Virus record (IMG/VR): IMGVR_UViG_3300010158_000060
Coordinates: 8,334-72,333 of that record
Reading direction: 5' to 3' (one strand)
DNA: 64,000 nt
Source: a virus
Shown here: piece by piece, positions 30,101 to 38,488 of the stretch
Numbering within the stretch: the stretch's first letter is position 1
Layout: every line of letters starts with the position of its first letter
Position numbers and translations under genes: made by a program
The notes under the pieces: model-generated
What the model was told of the DNA's origin: nothing
The model's database searches: none
What the model saw: only the letters and a program-made list of their open reading frames with translations

Positions 30101-31538
30101 TGCATACATGCAATCTGGTATCAATAAAACTAGTGCTAATTTAGTTCCTTATGTAAGTACAACACCATTCTTAAATATCATGGATGGTGCTGTTGAAGAT
30201 TTTACTAAACTTTTGGCTGATCCAGGTAAAGCATTTAGACTATTAGAAGATTTTTATAATAAGTTTAATGCTCAAAATAGTTATTATAATAAAGAGAAAA
30301 ACAGATTCAAAAACTATTTTACAGATATCAACTTTGACAAAATAGAATCTAGAGTAGAATCTACTCAACCATCTACTAGTGTTGAAGCTAATGTTAATAA
30401 TTACTATACTTTTAACTCAGCAGGTGTTTTAAAATATAAAAATAAAGAGCTTGATGATTTGTTTTTAAAATTAAGGGATACCTATAAAATACCTAGTATT
30501 CCTAAAACAAAAGAAGAAACAAGATTATTTAGATTAAAAAATGCATTACTGCTTACAAAAAATGCAGATACAAATGATTATATAAAAATACCTGATTTAT
30601 CAGATATATTTACTAATACAGAAGCTCTTAAATTGTATAAACAATATTTAAACAACATTAATAATTCTAGAGATTTATTTATTGAAAGATTTAAAAATGA
30701 TTCTTTATTTAATCAAGAAATAGAATTTAGACCTGGTGAAATTAAAAAAGGGTATGAGTTTATACCTAAAACAACAAAATCATTAATTGATCAACCAAGT
30801 ATTTTGTTTTTAGAATTGTTTAAAAATGCTGGTTTAAAACCTGGTACAGATGCTTACAAAGCTAAATTATTAGATTTAAAGCAATTTATAGACTCTAAAA
30901 CAACAGTTTTATTAAATAATGCTATTAAACTTGAGTTAGGTATTACTACTACTCAACCAGCTACTGAAACTGTAGAAGAACAAACTAATGATCTTATTAC
31001 AACATCAGATCCAAACATATTTATTTTTGATGATTCTAAAGATGACAGTGCTGCTTTCTACAAAAAATTAACCAGTACTAACTCTACAGTAGGTTTTGTT
31101 TATAATGCAACCAAGTTTGAAATAGATAATAATAAAGATCTTCCTGGACAAGGTTATTTAAGATTAGTATCCAAAGATACCGCCTTACCTTTTGTTACAA
31201 GTTTGACTAATAATTTTGATAACTTTAGTAACTTAGCAGCTGATAAATATCAAAGTGTGAAAAACTATTTTGATAGAAAAATTCAGGAGCTTAAAAATGC
31301 TAAAGACTTAGGTAACAAAATTGCACTTCCTAAAGCAGGAATAGGTGATGCTAAGAAAATGCCTAAAGAATTATTTGTATATTTAAGTAAGAGATTGTTT
31401 GAAGAACTAGGGTATTTAAATCCAGGTTCTACAATGTATAAAGACATAACAGAAATATTAAGTAATAAACAAGGTATCTCAGATGATGAAATTCTTGCAT
31501 CACTAGGTTTTGAATCTGATCCTTTTAACTGTGTATAA
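21141..31538 (+). CDS. Virion-packaged DNA-dependent RNA polymerase (crAss/phi14:2 gp66-like) with N-terminal zincin module
   Basis: Catalytic GGDFDIDKL (DFDID at 27888-27902) preceded by GVRIPVQG; GDGQG motif; HEAWH...EEDIAE zincin motif at 23409-23423; size and context. Confidence 0.9.
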   Translation: MICSLNETQISDLYKITYKTLSDLKPSESFDFEAFTKDIYTRIEKAAGEEKALQYAQIIPYVINVCQSNRSDISNKLLDSDFDFNKLIKIKKSFENLENVKKLVTKSVRRKSKKEVKDELEHQNFQLDNLEITDPENSELEKARDKAKIEFPNVTTFQFADQKDPSKKETQEEEDVTSEDKKVFETVIKKIVKSVKEKPAEQDNPMIDDTEVFLKMMPSESLEDKYKLSKDKSETAKSYRGVLAVITDADGNYIYFDKNGNITDEENGIVVYQFIRKPYLLEDTFNKNKPAFYTIYHKAGKMYKNTLVAASKIAERLGLASGTVLKEQTKAMNGVYNMRKDVIDNNASYITQITGGSFGIVSKAKADQINAELNKTIKLTKEDIKEVKLVSTKGRDRNKGFYQFYIKKNTEALGEIEMPVNVQRGNFNQALADKVADVITSKATNKGLPLSDDKRIEYFKVFLNNQRVSAKGVKNENNIFLEKATRGPLTLTINNEKFEGDEIFTTAVRDKIAQHLPQAIKFGDKGFIGANVNLTAKYMGVDKTYTDYEISGNKITPVEKNYIETVVLPFAYLQYEAESAKSVAGFNPYLAYAVPDEFTEDDSAFFPVAVDTQTQRPVKKTTQVQKNTTAETVVKEKAKVVQKKRATKKVETIEEIEEIIDPDLISLNVASNPSVNITPDELTGFNRSKDLDILDQVFTTEADKAEAEDWWANNPLSKYISLERITKVVNSNAFATFTGTGITLYEGDGGTAVDLYHEAWHGFSQLFLTKAEKIRLYEELKGQPKWANKSYFEIEEDIAEDFRDYARSKGKKEAPKGFLETVFRRMYQFLQNLFGKVSNQELATRPRDIASVKELFDKLYYASERPELLQNMQPSTDNMMFTQLNRAKAITSVKDVATKYEPFDSAESLKIVNYLDSMIPQVFDAYNKKFGVTSGPVKVLQTNTNREFLYQLLEKKLSEKLDAVRANLATRAAEGEDIEPEDLAQLPFLAKLLDNFGDIKQTIDSKDQKGVVAFHLQNSKFKILANKFIELEEDPTDIDNSRIVRLDGGNIFSSREAASQETKTILSSIYKIDRNKFTITTNDDGTKKLNVEYEIDPQTGLPVLLDEREMWSKVAKVTAGSFDKEEMYKRLADGVIDNPEFLQLLSYLPDRSKNADGTEKDYADKSEFTIETKFWQDLKKPRLSYVQLNLNIQKGQKETLAEARLQRTDFDRSKVLRDWQINFKTISKSKYISENKVLDLNGLVKDFKNNLNPKNVVSFLNALGLIMDTSNPTIASVLADPNFINKFGIKHIYDTLEHINNVNDPEKAKFLKDPIEYLKSSLPSSLDKGKAFDSSSRIKELANIQVRFSDKYSNFSAISPEGNRVWEHFLDNTFTRIMTSLNHADSWQQLTNPEADPNGLFRHMRYLAYDNNTYTEHSVLLKSLFNSLSDVTNPGGKKDNKLVIQNVAGTQLIDKNTDKSTGISTASMDATSKYLQEIHTMLMNGVEEFMRHASKQMSQGIVMKNGINTYGNKAAKNLYVDIEKFLPTTNSGEDYSFDILSGYLAGEVNRIFRFGSDVDKYSEFTGYTRPVKRKTGEIVMSGQALAAFEDVLSKDTQKKIYAIVDKAIATKNTDFDFSDIYEEDTTLALEIRKDVAKYFNELTKDLTDRLNKTKFIDPTLRSRIENKGVELTVDESDTTLMKAYAYNSWIHKFETSILGYGDLALYNHAKEEFHKRNAGFGGGGLGFASDLKSRSFINQMTKLFEPNKKPFDGTLTTGIIRERVIDKSVYYDEYYDALVKEYTKRFGYKAKAEDLAKTALKEYTKMKIGDGQGHISFETYRILKELEGNWLPEQEELYKKLAKGEEVSVEDIIHYFPPYKLQYCGAIETTGLPLVSFHKFSLAPIIPGVAKKGTPLYDLNEKMIAENMDYVLFESGSKVGHLGNGDDIIAKDGSIIKDVPFTKNVIFTEFLKNQTEVNSEFKGKSIFSTQMRKLILDNLYENGAINSPNEEDVVSPLVKRYLDNVADYTKLVKLELLEEIGFDETPDGGYKPRDKESIGKLLSLVRNNLENEESYSDEMINFIDALDSGELLHDLSLHPEALKIEKLLLSLINKRVIKQKVKGEPLVQVSSAFYENNLTESPNFRNATDADKKKWIGSNLLPTYHKMADGKTAAMKVMIALQGDYANLLNLEYNGETIGTIERLNQAIKDDVWLDANNGANRKAITLVGVRIPVQGLNSMEFMEVYEFLPPQAGNIIIPPAEIVAKSGGDFDIDKLTIFMTNIDTDGKLKERTYKNTEELKASLQNIKENKEESITKVFKQQKAGVENDLMNDIKEILELPQNFVSLITPNGTFLLKDIAEDLARDVMEYDPFKNYMTDTTTEPEEGKKIISATRVLEPLYNLYKHGSNIVSKKTLGLGAVENTMNVLLNSIGALMPETYTNYKGESRSTNIGLRHNVRIVNGKERISLSNLYDVDNTNKIADIFSQAMNGWVDVEKDAWIFFIQGNYEVAPILLYLVKAGVPVKEAIYFVSQPLVREYVDEQRLAKSTFAEVLGKAPEQKSFVKYQAATNIVDKYFNPKVLPAKGKSITRFEVGREMFNNYMKDRKSKNFTEKEMLGLIRESKNTLSAKSSDLSLTMFLHYLDIEDQIKGITQIKMNANPDTNTKSVLSDIETSEGRLENLEGNAELQPIISALMGDSIISSFFNNKLALSLAAPLFKLRYNPAIRTFIKSKDDSNELMENIKTTFGEDGRDNYLNTFRNDLVTYIFQNAIVKTDLKKGYMSYEAREIPVKEMLSDNFGAFVKTNKDGTKTLFYNLKNLQEEYNSKEWSNKTEEPNYYSQLGFHPLPANTFTIAKGNDAKAYARFVMEREYLRSVYPIAETEMEKTEYEEFLANRALDNTFNVNHMFRDPKNAFAIRVYDVITSNPKLANRFDILSKLQLNNNTSDTMFNLELIDRDIDNIKANIYTKNLTDLADPVVLKTLAKDLSLSDQEITYISDLFSRLPLFAYMQSGINKTSANLVPYVSTTPFLNIMDGAVEDFTKLLADPGKAFRLLEDFYNKFNAQNSYYNKEKNRFKNYFTDINFDKIESRVESTQPSTSVEANVNNYYTFNSAGVLKYKNKELDDLFLKLRDTYKIPSIPKTKEETRLFRLKNALLLTKNADTNDYIKIPDLSDIFTNTEALKLYKQYLNNINNSRDLFIERFKNDSLFNQEIEFRPGEIKKGYEFIPKTTKSLIDQPSILFLELFKNAGLKPGTDAYKAKLLDLKQFIDSKTTVLLNNAIKLELGITTTQPATETVEEQTNDLITTSDPNIFIFDDSKDDSAAFYKKLTSTNSTVGFVYNATKFEIDNNKDLPGQGYLRLVSKDTALPFVTSLTNNFDNFSNLAADKYQSVKNYFDRKIQELKNAKDLGNKIALPKAGIGDAKKMPKELFVYLSKRLFEELGYLNPGSTMYKDITEILSNKQGISDDEILASLGFESDPFNCV
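30361..30965 (+). repeat. 17-bp direct repeats (ctactcaacca[t/g]ctact) bounding a 588-bp in-frame insert in the vRNAP gene
   Basis: Copies at 30361-30377 and 30949-30965, one mismatch; they encode STQPST and TTQPAT. Confidence 0.75.
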
Positions 31539-31540
31539 AA

Positions 31541-34500
31541 ATGGTTTGTGAAGTAAAAGTAAATTCTATCAAGTATTTAGAAAAACAAAAAGCAACTAAT
31601 GATGTAAGAAGAATAATTGATACAGCAAAGTTTAGTGAGCTCAATGAGAGTCTTACTAAACTTGCTGTAGACAAGTATGGCTTAGAAACAAATGGAGAAT
31701 TACTTTTTCAGGATACTGAGATAAAACTAAAAGATGATAGAACTTCTACATATAGAAGAGATAGTATTGTTACTATAAACAGAGCGGAGCCCAATGAGCC
31801 TTTGTTTGAAAAACTTCAAGAACTCAAAGTTAGATATGATCAAAGACAGGCAATAGCTGATAATGCTATTGTACCAAAAGAAGATTATAATAATAATGTA
31901 CAAGAATTATTTAATTCTAATCCTGAATTAGCTAAAATAGGTACACCACAACAATATACTGAGTATATAAAAACTATATTTCCTGATAGTAAAGTAAAAG
32001 ATATTGTTTATCATGGTAGTAAAGAAAAATTTGATAAGTTTGATAAAACTAAATTAGGTCAATTTACTGGAGCTGAATCAGCAAAACAAGGTTTCTTTTT
32101 TGCAAAAAACTTTGACACATCTCTTCAATATGTTATTAAAATTGCTGTTGATATAGCAAATGAACAATTAAAATTACTATCTCAAAGAGACATCAATGTT
32201 GAAGATACACTTTATTTAAAAGATTTACAAGACCAGTATAATGCAGTATCAAATGAAAGTACAAAAAAGTTAGTAGATTTTTTAACAAGTGATAAGTTTC
32301 CTCCTTTTACATATTTTAATGTAGATAATATAGATGACTTAAAAAATCAAATAATAAAAATTGTTTCTGAATTTGATGGAAATGTTAATGAATATATATC
32401 TGAGTTTGATTCTATTATAAAAGATGTTATGAATTATGTGAGAGGAATGGTAATCAATATAACTAATCCAATTACATATGATTTTAATCAAACAGAAAAA
32501 TATCAAACAAGAGAAATATCTTTTAATACATTGTTAAAAAATAAAACTACTGAAGATGGGGCAATTTTTGAAAATGTTTATGATCCTTTATTAGATACCA
32601 TTTATACAGTATTTGAACCAGAACAAATACATATACTAGGAAGCAATGATGACATAGAAGGGTTTAAACAGTTTGTTAAAGGTATTTCTAAACAAGCTAT
32701 GTTTATTAGAACAGATAATAACATTCCAATTATACCAATTGATTTAAATACAATCAATCAACAAGCATCAAAAGCTGTTGCTGAAGCTATAGCATCTAAA
32801 TTAGCAGCTAAACTTGGAATAAATTATCATAACTTATCTCCAGAGCAAGCTACAGAAATGCTTAAAAACAATCCTGTACCATATAGAGGTGAGCCTGCAT
32901 TCTTTTATAATGGAGCTATATTCATTGTTGGAGATAATGTAAGACCGGGTATTCTACTACATGAATTTTCTCACCCATTACTACAAGGTATAAGAAAAAC
33001 AAATCCTCAACTATTTAATAATTTATACAATCAATTATCTAAAACAGATGAAGGTTTAAGTATCATGGCATATGTGAAAAAAGCATATCCTGAACTAGAT
33101 GTTAATTCTGATTTGTTTAAGGAAGAAGTATTAGCATTTGCTATGCAACTAAAATCCATGAATAAACTTGAAAATAAAGTTGAGACAGAAGGGTTTCAAT
33201 CTTTTATGACCAAGTTATTAGCTTCATTAAAACAGTTATTACGTGAAATATTTGGAAATGGAGTAAACTTGAAAAACCTTAATGAATCTACATCTCTTGA
33301 TGAACTAGCTGAGATGCTGCTTGATGATACCATGTTTGACTTTGAAGAAGTTAATCTTACTGAGGATGATTTGGTAATGTATGTTAGAGATATTTTTACA
33401 GAAGCAGATAAACTCACATCTAGTGCAAGTGCTAATGTTTTACAAGAAATAGTAAATGAATTTTATGCACGTAACTTACAGATTGTTAATCAAATTAAAG
33501 ACTTCAAATCTGATAAAGTAACAAGAGAAATGTTAGAAAAAGCTTTAAAAAAGCAAAATACAACAAACTTATTACCTGGAGTAGATGAAATTCTTAAAGG
33601 ATATCAAAACATTAATAATCTAAATGTTATATTAAATGAAGATCTAGAAGATCTAGAAAAGACAAAACAAATGGCTGCGGCTTTAATTAACAGTGTTGAT
33701 AGGATTAATACATCAAGTAACAACATAATTAAAGAGCTTAACAATATCAATAAACAACCTAGTTTAATCAACAATAGAAACACAATTGCTTTACTAGGTC
33801 TTTATAAAAATACTTCTGAATCTTGGTTAAATGTAATTGATCAAATCAATGAACTTTTAGATGAAACTGAAATAGATAAAAACAGTGAGTTCTATTCACT
33901 TATTACCAGTATTGTTAATAATGCTACTATAATTAATTCTAAGATTGCTCAAATTTATAAAAAAGGAGGTATTCAATTTTTTGTGGAAATCACAGGTTAC
34001 ATGAATGAATTTGTAAATAAAGAGTTAAAATCTAATTTAGGCATTGCTTTAAAAAAGGCATTTTCTGAATCTGAGTTAGAAACAGCTGTAGATGAATTAT
34101 ATAGAAAAGTTGTTGAACAAAAATTTACTCCAGAAGATGCAAAAGCTCTTCATGATAAAGGTGTTCCTGCAAATATTCTAGATGAGTTCATAAAAAAATA
34201 TAACAACTATATTGTAAATGAAGATAAAATTAAAGACGCTCTCACAGGACATGCTAAAGATGTAAGCTGGTTTAACAGGTGGTTAGAATCTTATAGTTCT
34301 AGTAATGATGTAATAGTGGGTCCTTTATCTATGTTTATTCAAAACCAAAAAACTGAAGTAGAAACTAAAGTTTGGAGAATGTCTCAAGATTTTAGAGCTC
34401 AGTTAGAGATATTACTTCCTCAAGTAAATTTCAGTAAAATGAATCCAACTCAAATAAGAGACATGGTTGCTGAAAAAGATCAGATATTTTACTTTAATAA

Positions 34501-37500
34501 AAAAACAGGTGATTATGAATCCAGAGATGTTTTTACATTCTTAAATGAATTTGGAAATGGTTGGAGATTTGAGCTTGACAAATTAGAGTTTTTATATGAG
34601 GAAGCTAAGAAAAGCGGAGAAAAAGATAAGATTGCTAAAGCTCTTGATGAATTAAGACAATTCAATAAAGACTACATGTGGCAAGAATATACATTAGAGT
34701 ATTATGAAAAAGATGATATCTTTAAAGACTCTGAGATAGGAGCATTAGCATATTCTGCAAGAAGATCTGCTTTGGAAAATTATATCAATTTACAAAACAG
34801 TTTGCAAAAAGAGTATGAAAGATTTGAAAAACACAGTGAATTGCAAGAAGCTTTCAAAACTTATCAAAGATTATATTCTTTACAGAATGAAGACGGAACT
34901 GAAAAAGTAGATGATCCAGCAAAAGGAATCTATGATAAGTCTATTGCCGAGTTATTAATCAAACACAGACAAGAAACTAATAAGTTTTATGAATGGGTTC
35001 CAATTACAAACTCTTTAGATACAGCATATAATGAATTTGTTTCTGAATTACTTACTAAGGATGTCAAAAAAGATAGTAAAGAATATGATAAATTACTAAG
35101 AGAATGGCAAAAACAAAATGTTAGAATTGTTTATTCTCAAGAATACTATGATGAAAGAACTAGATTGTTTGAAAGACTGAATGCAATTCAATCTCAAATT
35201 AATGAGCAATTAAAAACTGACTATAATGTATCAGATGAGTACAAGAAAATATTAGATTTATTGTACACATTTAAAGATGATTTTGGTCAACCGGATGCTA
35301 CACAATTAGGAGAAGAAAGACTTAGAAAAATCAAAGATATTCAACAAAACATAATTGATGTAAGACAGAAATTAGATAAGTATACTGGTTTATCAAGAGA
35401 AGATTCTGCTACACTTCAGGAATTAATTATTAAATCAAGAGATGAAGAATTAACTGATGAAGAAGCGGAAGAATTAGATAGATTACTTACTGCTAAGAAA
35501 GATGTTGATGTTACACTAGTTGAAGCTTTGTCAGAAGTAATAGGTGAGTTATCTGATATCTCTAGTAAGTATCCAACAGATTATTACATGGATGCTCTAG
35601 AAACACACATGTCAAAGTATGATAACATTCCTGTTTTTACAGATGTTACAGTAGATCAATTTATCAATGGTAAATTATTCCAAGAATTAATTGACCCAGA
35701 AAGTGATTTGTATGATGCAGATTTGTTTGATTGGTTTGAATTAAGCCATGTTAAACTTCAGGTTTATGAAGATGGTGTATTGGTACCAAAATATCAGAGA
35801 ACCGCGGCTAATTCCTACAGCAAGCCAACCAACCCAAAGCATTTTATAAATACTAAGATAAAGGATAACCTAACAGGAGAAGTTATCTCTCTTATTGGTG
35901 TTCCTAACATTAGACACTCAAGAAGAGAAGTTAAAAATGAGTATAGAACAATACCAAGAGGTGGTGTAAGAAAAGACTATGTTGGAAAGGTTATTGATAA
36001 TAAAGGTAACTTCTTACCAAGATCTTTTGATCCAAGTTCTAAAAACAGTGCAAAAGATGGTAAGTATATTAGTGAGAAATTTAAGAAAATCAAATCTAAT
36101 CCAAATTCTCCTGAATACAAGTTATTAGAACTAATGAAAAACTATCACTTGCAATTGCAAGAAGGTGCTTCAAGTTATGGTAAACTTTATTTAGATTTAC
36201 CAAGATATGGTATTGAAAGAGGAGATTACTATCAAGTTTTACAAAAAGGTGAATATGGGGAAAGATTCAAAGAAGTTAGAGATAATGTTAAAGAATGGTT
36301 AAAACAAACATTTGGTAAATCTGTACAAGATAACTTAGATCAGTTTAACTACAATCCAGAAAACAACTTAGTAAATACAGACTTACAAGGTAATGAGATA
36401 TCTTATATTCCTGTAACAGGTATTTATAATTTAGATGCAAAGAATGTAGATGCTGATGTATTTAATTCATTATTTAAATATGGTCTTTCTGTACAAACTC
36501 AAAGTGCATTAATTAAAAGTTTACCATTAGTAAATTCTATCATGGAAACTTTAGAAGATCCAGCTAACCAACCTAAAAAATTAGATTCATTTTCAAAAGG
36601 TATCTATAATTTAAGAAAGAAGCAACAACATCCAACTAGGTCTAATGCTATGAATAATAGAGCCGGTCAAGTAAGATCTCTTATTGAAAGAGAGTATCAC
36701 GGAAGACAAGCTGTTGGTATTGAAGAAAACCATCCAGTTTTAAGTAAGTGGTTAACTGCATTAACAAGTAGATCTAGTAGAGCTGCATTAGCATTAAACA
36801 TTCCATCAGATATAAAGAATCAGGTGTCTGGTTACATTCAAACTATTATTGAAGCTTCTGGAAATAGATATATTTCTGGTAGAGATTTAGCTTTGTCTGC
36901 AACATGGACAACTAAAGCTATGTTAGAGTGGACAACAAAAGGAATCTATGAAATAGGTCCTGGAGCAGTGTCAACACAGTTAGTACAAGTTTTTGACCCT
37001 AACTTTAAAGCAACAGATGAGAATGGTAAACCGGTATACAGATCTTTGTACAAAGATTTAATAAATGGTGAATGGATGTACATGCACCGTAAGTTTGGTG
37101 AGATGGAAGTTGCTATGAGATTATTTGGTTCATTTCTACATGCTGAAAAAATTGAGCAAAACTATTCAGATGGATCAAAAAGTTTAATAAATTATTCAGA
37201 TGCATGGGAAAAAGATGACAATGGAATACTTAAACTTAAAGAAGGTATTCATCCTGGTTGGAATTATGAATCTACATACCATATTTTTAACAAAGGTGAG
37301 AAACTAGCGGATATTGCAAAAAAATATAATGTGACTGTAGAAGAACTTAAAGCTAAAAATAGTATTAAGTCTGAAATTCAACTTGAAGATGGTCAAGAAA
37401 TTGTTATTGCTAAGTCAGAATACTTCAAGCAGTTTAAAAACAAACTACAGGGAACTTCTCGTGCTCTATTTGGAGTTTATGATAAGTTTGGACAACCAGA

Positions 37501-38263
37501 AGGTAACAAGTACATTATGTACCGTATGTTCTTTTTCATGAGAAAATGGTTTACTCCAATGTTTGCTAACCGTTTTGGTATGGATGTTAGTAAAGAAAAC
37601 TTTGGTGGATCAAGATATGATTGGGCTATGGGTAGAACTACAAAAGGTTTTTATGTAGAGGCTTTCCAAGCTTTAACTAAAATACTAAAATCAAAAGGAG
37701 CAGATTATCAATATCTTAATGATGAACAAAAAGGTGCAATGAAAAAAGCTGCAACAGAAGGTTTAATAGTAATTGCATCTGGCTTAATAGCATCAATGTT
37801 ATTTGGATTTGATGATGATGATCCAGACAAATGGAAAAAAATAAAAGCTAAATCAGGGGCCCTGTTTACAGATGAATTTAATACTTATGGTTATATATCT
37901 AATCATGCTCTGTTATTGTTATTAGGTGTTCAAGCTGAAACCGGTGCTTTTATTCCATTACCATCAATACAAGGTTTTAACTTTGGTGCTGATGATTATG
38001 CAAAAATATTAACCTCAACTACAACAGCTTTTGGAAATACACTGTTAACTTATATTGAAATCTTCGGGGATGTCTTAAATCTAATCACATTAAATGATGA
38101 TGCTGTAAGATACAAAAAAAATGTTGGTCCTTACTGGTGGCAGAAAAAAGGTGAGTTAAAAACTTACAAAAGAATATTTACTATGTTAGGTTTAACAGGT
38201 GGTATTGGAGATCCAGAAACATCATTGAAAAACTTATCAAAAGGTGCAACAAGAATCAGATAA
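31541..38263 (+). CDS. Giant virion protein (2240 aa) with ART-like module, zincin motif, LysM domain and C-terminal hydrophobic segments
   Basis: DIVYHGS..FD..GFFFA (ART-PolyVal-like); LHEFSH; HIFNKGEKLADIAKKYNVTVEELKAKN..LEDGQEIVI (LysM, ~37277-37410); GLIVIASGLIASMLFG. Confidence 0.65.
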   Translation: MVCEVKVNSIKYLEKQKATNDVRRIIDTAKFSELNESLTKLAVDKYGLETNGELLFQDTEIKLKDDRTSTYRRDSIVTINRAEPNEPLFEKLQELKVRYDQRQAIADNAIVPKEDYNNNVQELFNSNPELAKIGTPQQYTEYIKTIFPDSKVKDIVYHGSKEKFDKFDKTKLGQFTGAESAKQGFFFAKNFDTSLQYVIKIAVDIANEQLKLLSQRDINVEDTLYLKDLQDQYNAVSNESTKKLVDFLTSDKFPPFTYFNVDNIDDLKNQIIKIVSEFDGNVNEYISEFDSIIKDVMNYVRGMVINITNPITYDFNQTEKYQTREISFNTLLKNKTTEDGAIFENVYDPLLDTIYTVFEPEQIHILGSNDDIEGFKQFVKGISKQAMFIRTDNNIPIIPIDLNTINQQASKAVAEAIASKLAAKLGINYHNLSPEQATEMLKNNPVPYRGEPAFFYNGAIFIVGDNVRPGILLHEFSHPLLQGIRKTNPQLFNNLYNQLSKTDEGLSIMAYVKKAYPELDVNSDLFKEEVLAFAMQLKSMNKLENKVETEGFQSFMTKLLASLKQLLREIFGNGVNLKNLNESTSLDELAEMLLDDTMFDFEEVNLTEDDLVMYVRDIFTEADKLTSSASANVLQEIVNEFYARNLQIVNQIKDFKSDKVTREMLEKALKKQNTTNLLPGVDEILKGYQNINNLNVILNEDLEDLEKTKQMAAALINSVDRINTSSNNIIKELNNINKQPSLINNRNTIALLGLYKNTSESWLNVIDQINELLDETEIDKNSEFYSLITSIVNNATIINSKIAQIYKKGGIQFFVEITGYMNEFVNKELKSNLGIALKKAFSESELETAVDELYRKVVEQKFTPEDAKALHDKGVPANILDEFIKKYNNYIVNEDKIKDALTGHAKDVSWFNRWLESYSSSNDVIVGPLSMFIQNQKTEVETKVWRMSQDFRAQLEILLPQVNFSKMNPTQIRDMVAEKDQIFYFNKKTGDYESRDVFTFLNEFGNGWRFELDKLEFLYEEAKKSGEKDKIAKALDELRQFNKDYMWQEYTLEYYEKDDIFKDSEIGALAYSARRSALENYINLQNSLQKEYERFEKHSELQEAFKTYQRLYSLQNEDGTEKVDDPAKGIYDKSIAELLIKHRQETNKFYEWVPITNSLDTAYNEFVSELLTKDVKKDSKEYDKLLREWQKQNVRIVYSQEYYDERTRLFERLNAIQSQINEQLKTDYNVSDEYKKILDLLYTFKDDFGQPDATQLGEERLRKIKDIQQNIIDVRQKLDKYTGLSREDSATLQELIIKSRDEELTDEEAEELDRLLTAKKDVDVTLVEALSEVIGELSDISSKYPTDYYMDALETHMSKYDNIPVFTDVTVDQFINGKLFQELIDPESDLYDADLFDWFELSHVKLQVYEDGVLVPKYQRTAANSYSKPTNPKHFINTKIKDNLTGEVISLIGVPNIRHSRREVKNEYRTIPRGGVRKDYVGKVIDNKGNFLPRSFDPSSKNSAKDGKYISEKFKKIKSNPNSPEYKLLELMKNYHLQLQEGASSYGKLYLDLPRYGIERGDYYQVLQKGEYGERFKEVRDNVKEWLKQTFGKSVQDNLDQFNYNPENNLVNTDLQGNEISYIPVTGIYNLDAKNVDADVFNSLFKYGLSVQTQSALIKSLPLVNSIMETLEDPANQPKKLDSFSKGIYNLRKKQQHPTRSNAMNNRAGQVRSLIEREYHGRQAVGIEENHPVLSKWLTALTSRSSRAALALNIPSDIKNQVSGYIQTIIEASGNRYISGRDLALSATWTTKAMLEWTTKGIYEIGPGAVSTQLVQVFDPNFKATDENGKPVYRSLYKDLINGEWMYMHRKFGEMEVAMRLFGSFLHAEKIEQNYSDGSKSLINYSDAWEKDDNGILKLKEGIHPGWNYESTYHIFNKGEKLADIAKKYNVTVEELKAKNSIKSEIQLEDGQEIVIAKSEYFKQFKNKLQGTSRALFGVYDKFGQPEGNKYIMYRMFFFMRKWFTPMFANRFGMDVSKENFGGSRYDWAMGRTTKGFYVEAFQALTKILKSKGADYQYLNDEQKGAMKKAATEGLIVIASGLIASMLFGFDDDDPDKWKKIKAKSGALFTDEFNTYGYISNHALLLLLGVQAETGAFIPLPSIQGFNFGADDYAKILTSTTTAFGNTLLTYIEIFGDVLNLITLNDDAVRYKKNVGPYWWQKKGELKTYKRIFTMLGLTGGIGDPETSLKNLSKGATRIR

Positions 38264-38274
38264 AGATTAAATGG

Positions 38275-38312
38275 AAAAAAAAAGGGAAAGCCGTTAAGCT
38301 TTCCCTAATTTT
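38275..38312. terminator. Intrinsic terminator between the convergent arms (strong on -, probably bidirectional)
   Basis: AGGGAAAGC-cgttaa-GCTTTCCCT hairpin (38283-38306) flanked by an A-run on the left and AATTTTT on the right. Confidence 0.8.
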
Positions 38313-38488
38313 TAATCTTCATCACAACAGTCACATTCTTCTGACTCTTGTTTACCATATTCATTGTCAAACCAATCTCTAGCTTCTACTTTTGTAGGTC
38401 TTTCATAACAACCACAATCCATAACAGTTGCACCTGCTAAGTATGCTTCAATCATAAGTTTTCTAAAGACTACTGGATGCATAATCAT
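38312..38488 (-). CDS. Small Cys-containing acidic protein (58 aa; not in ORF track)
   Basis: MIMHPVVFRK...DCGCY...EECDCCDED*, translated by hand; start overlaps the upstream stop. Confidence 0.6.
   Translation of the reverse strand: MIMHPVVFRKLMIEAYLAGATVMDCGCYERPTKVEARDWFDNEYGKQESEECDCCDED

Noticed and set aside
1354-33417. Many 60-120 aa antisense or alternative-frame ORFs inside the large + strand genes
   Set aside because: Fully nested shadow ORFs with F/I/L/S-rich composition and no motifs.
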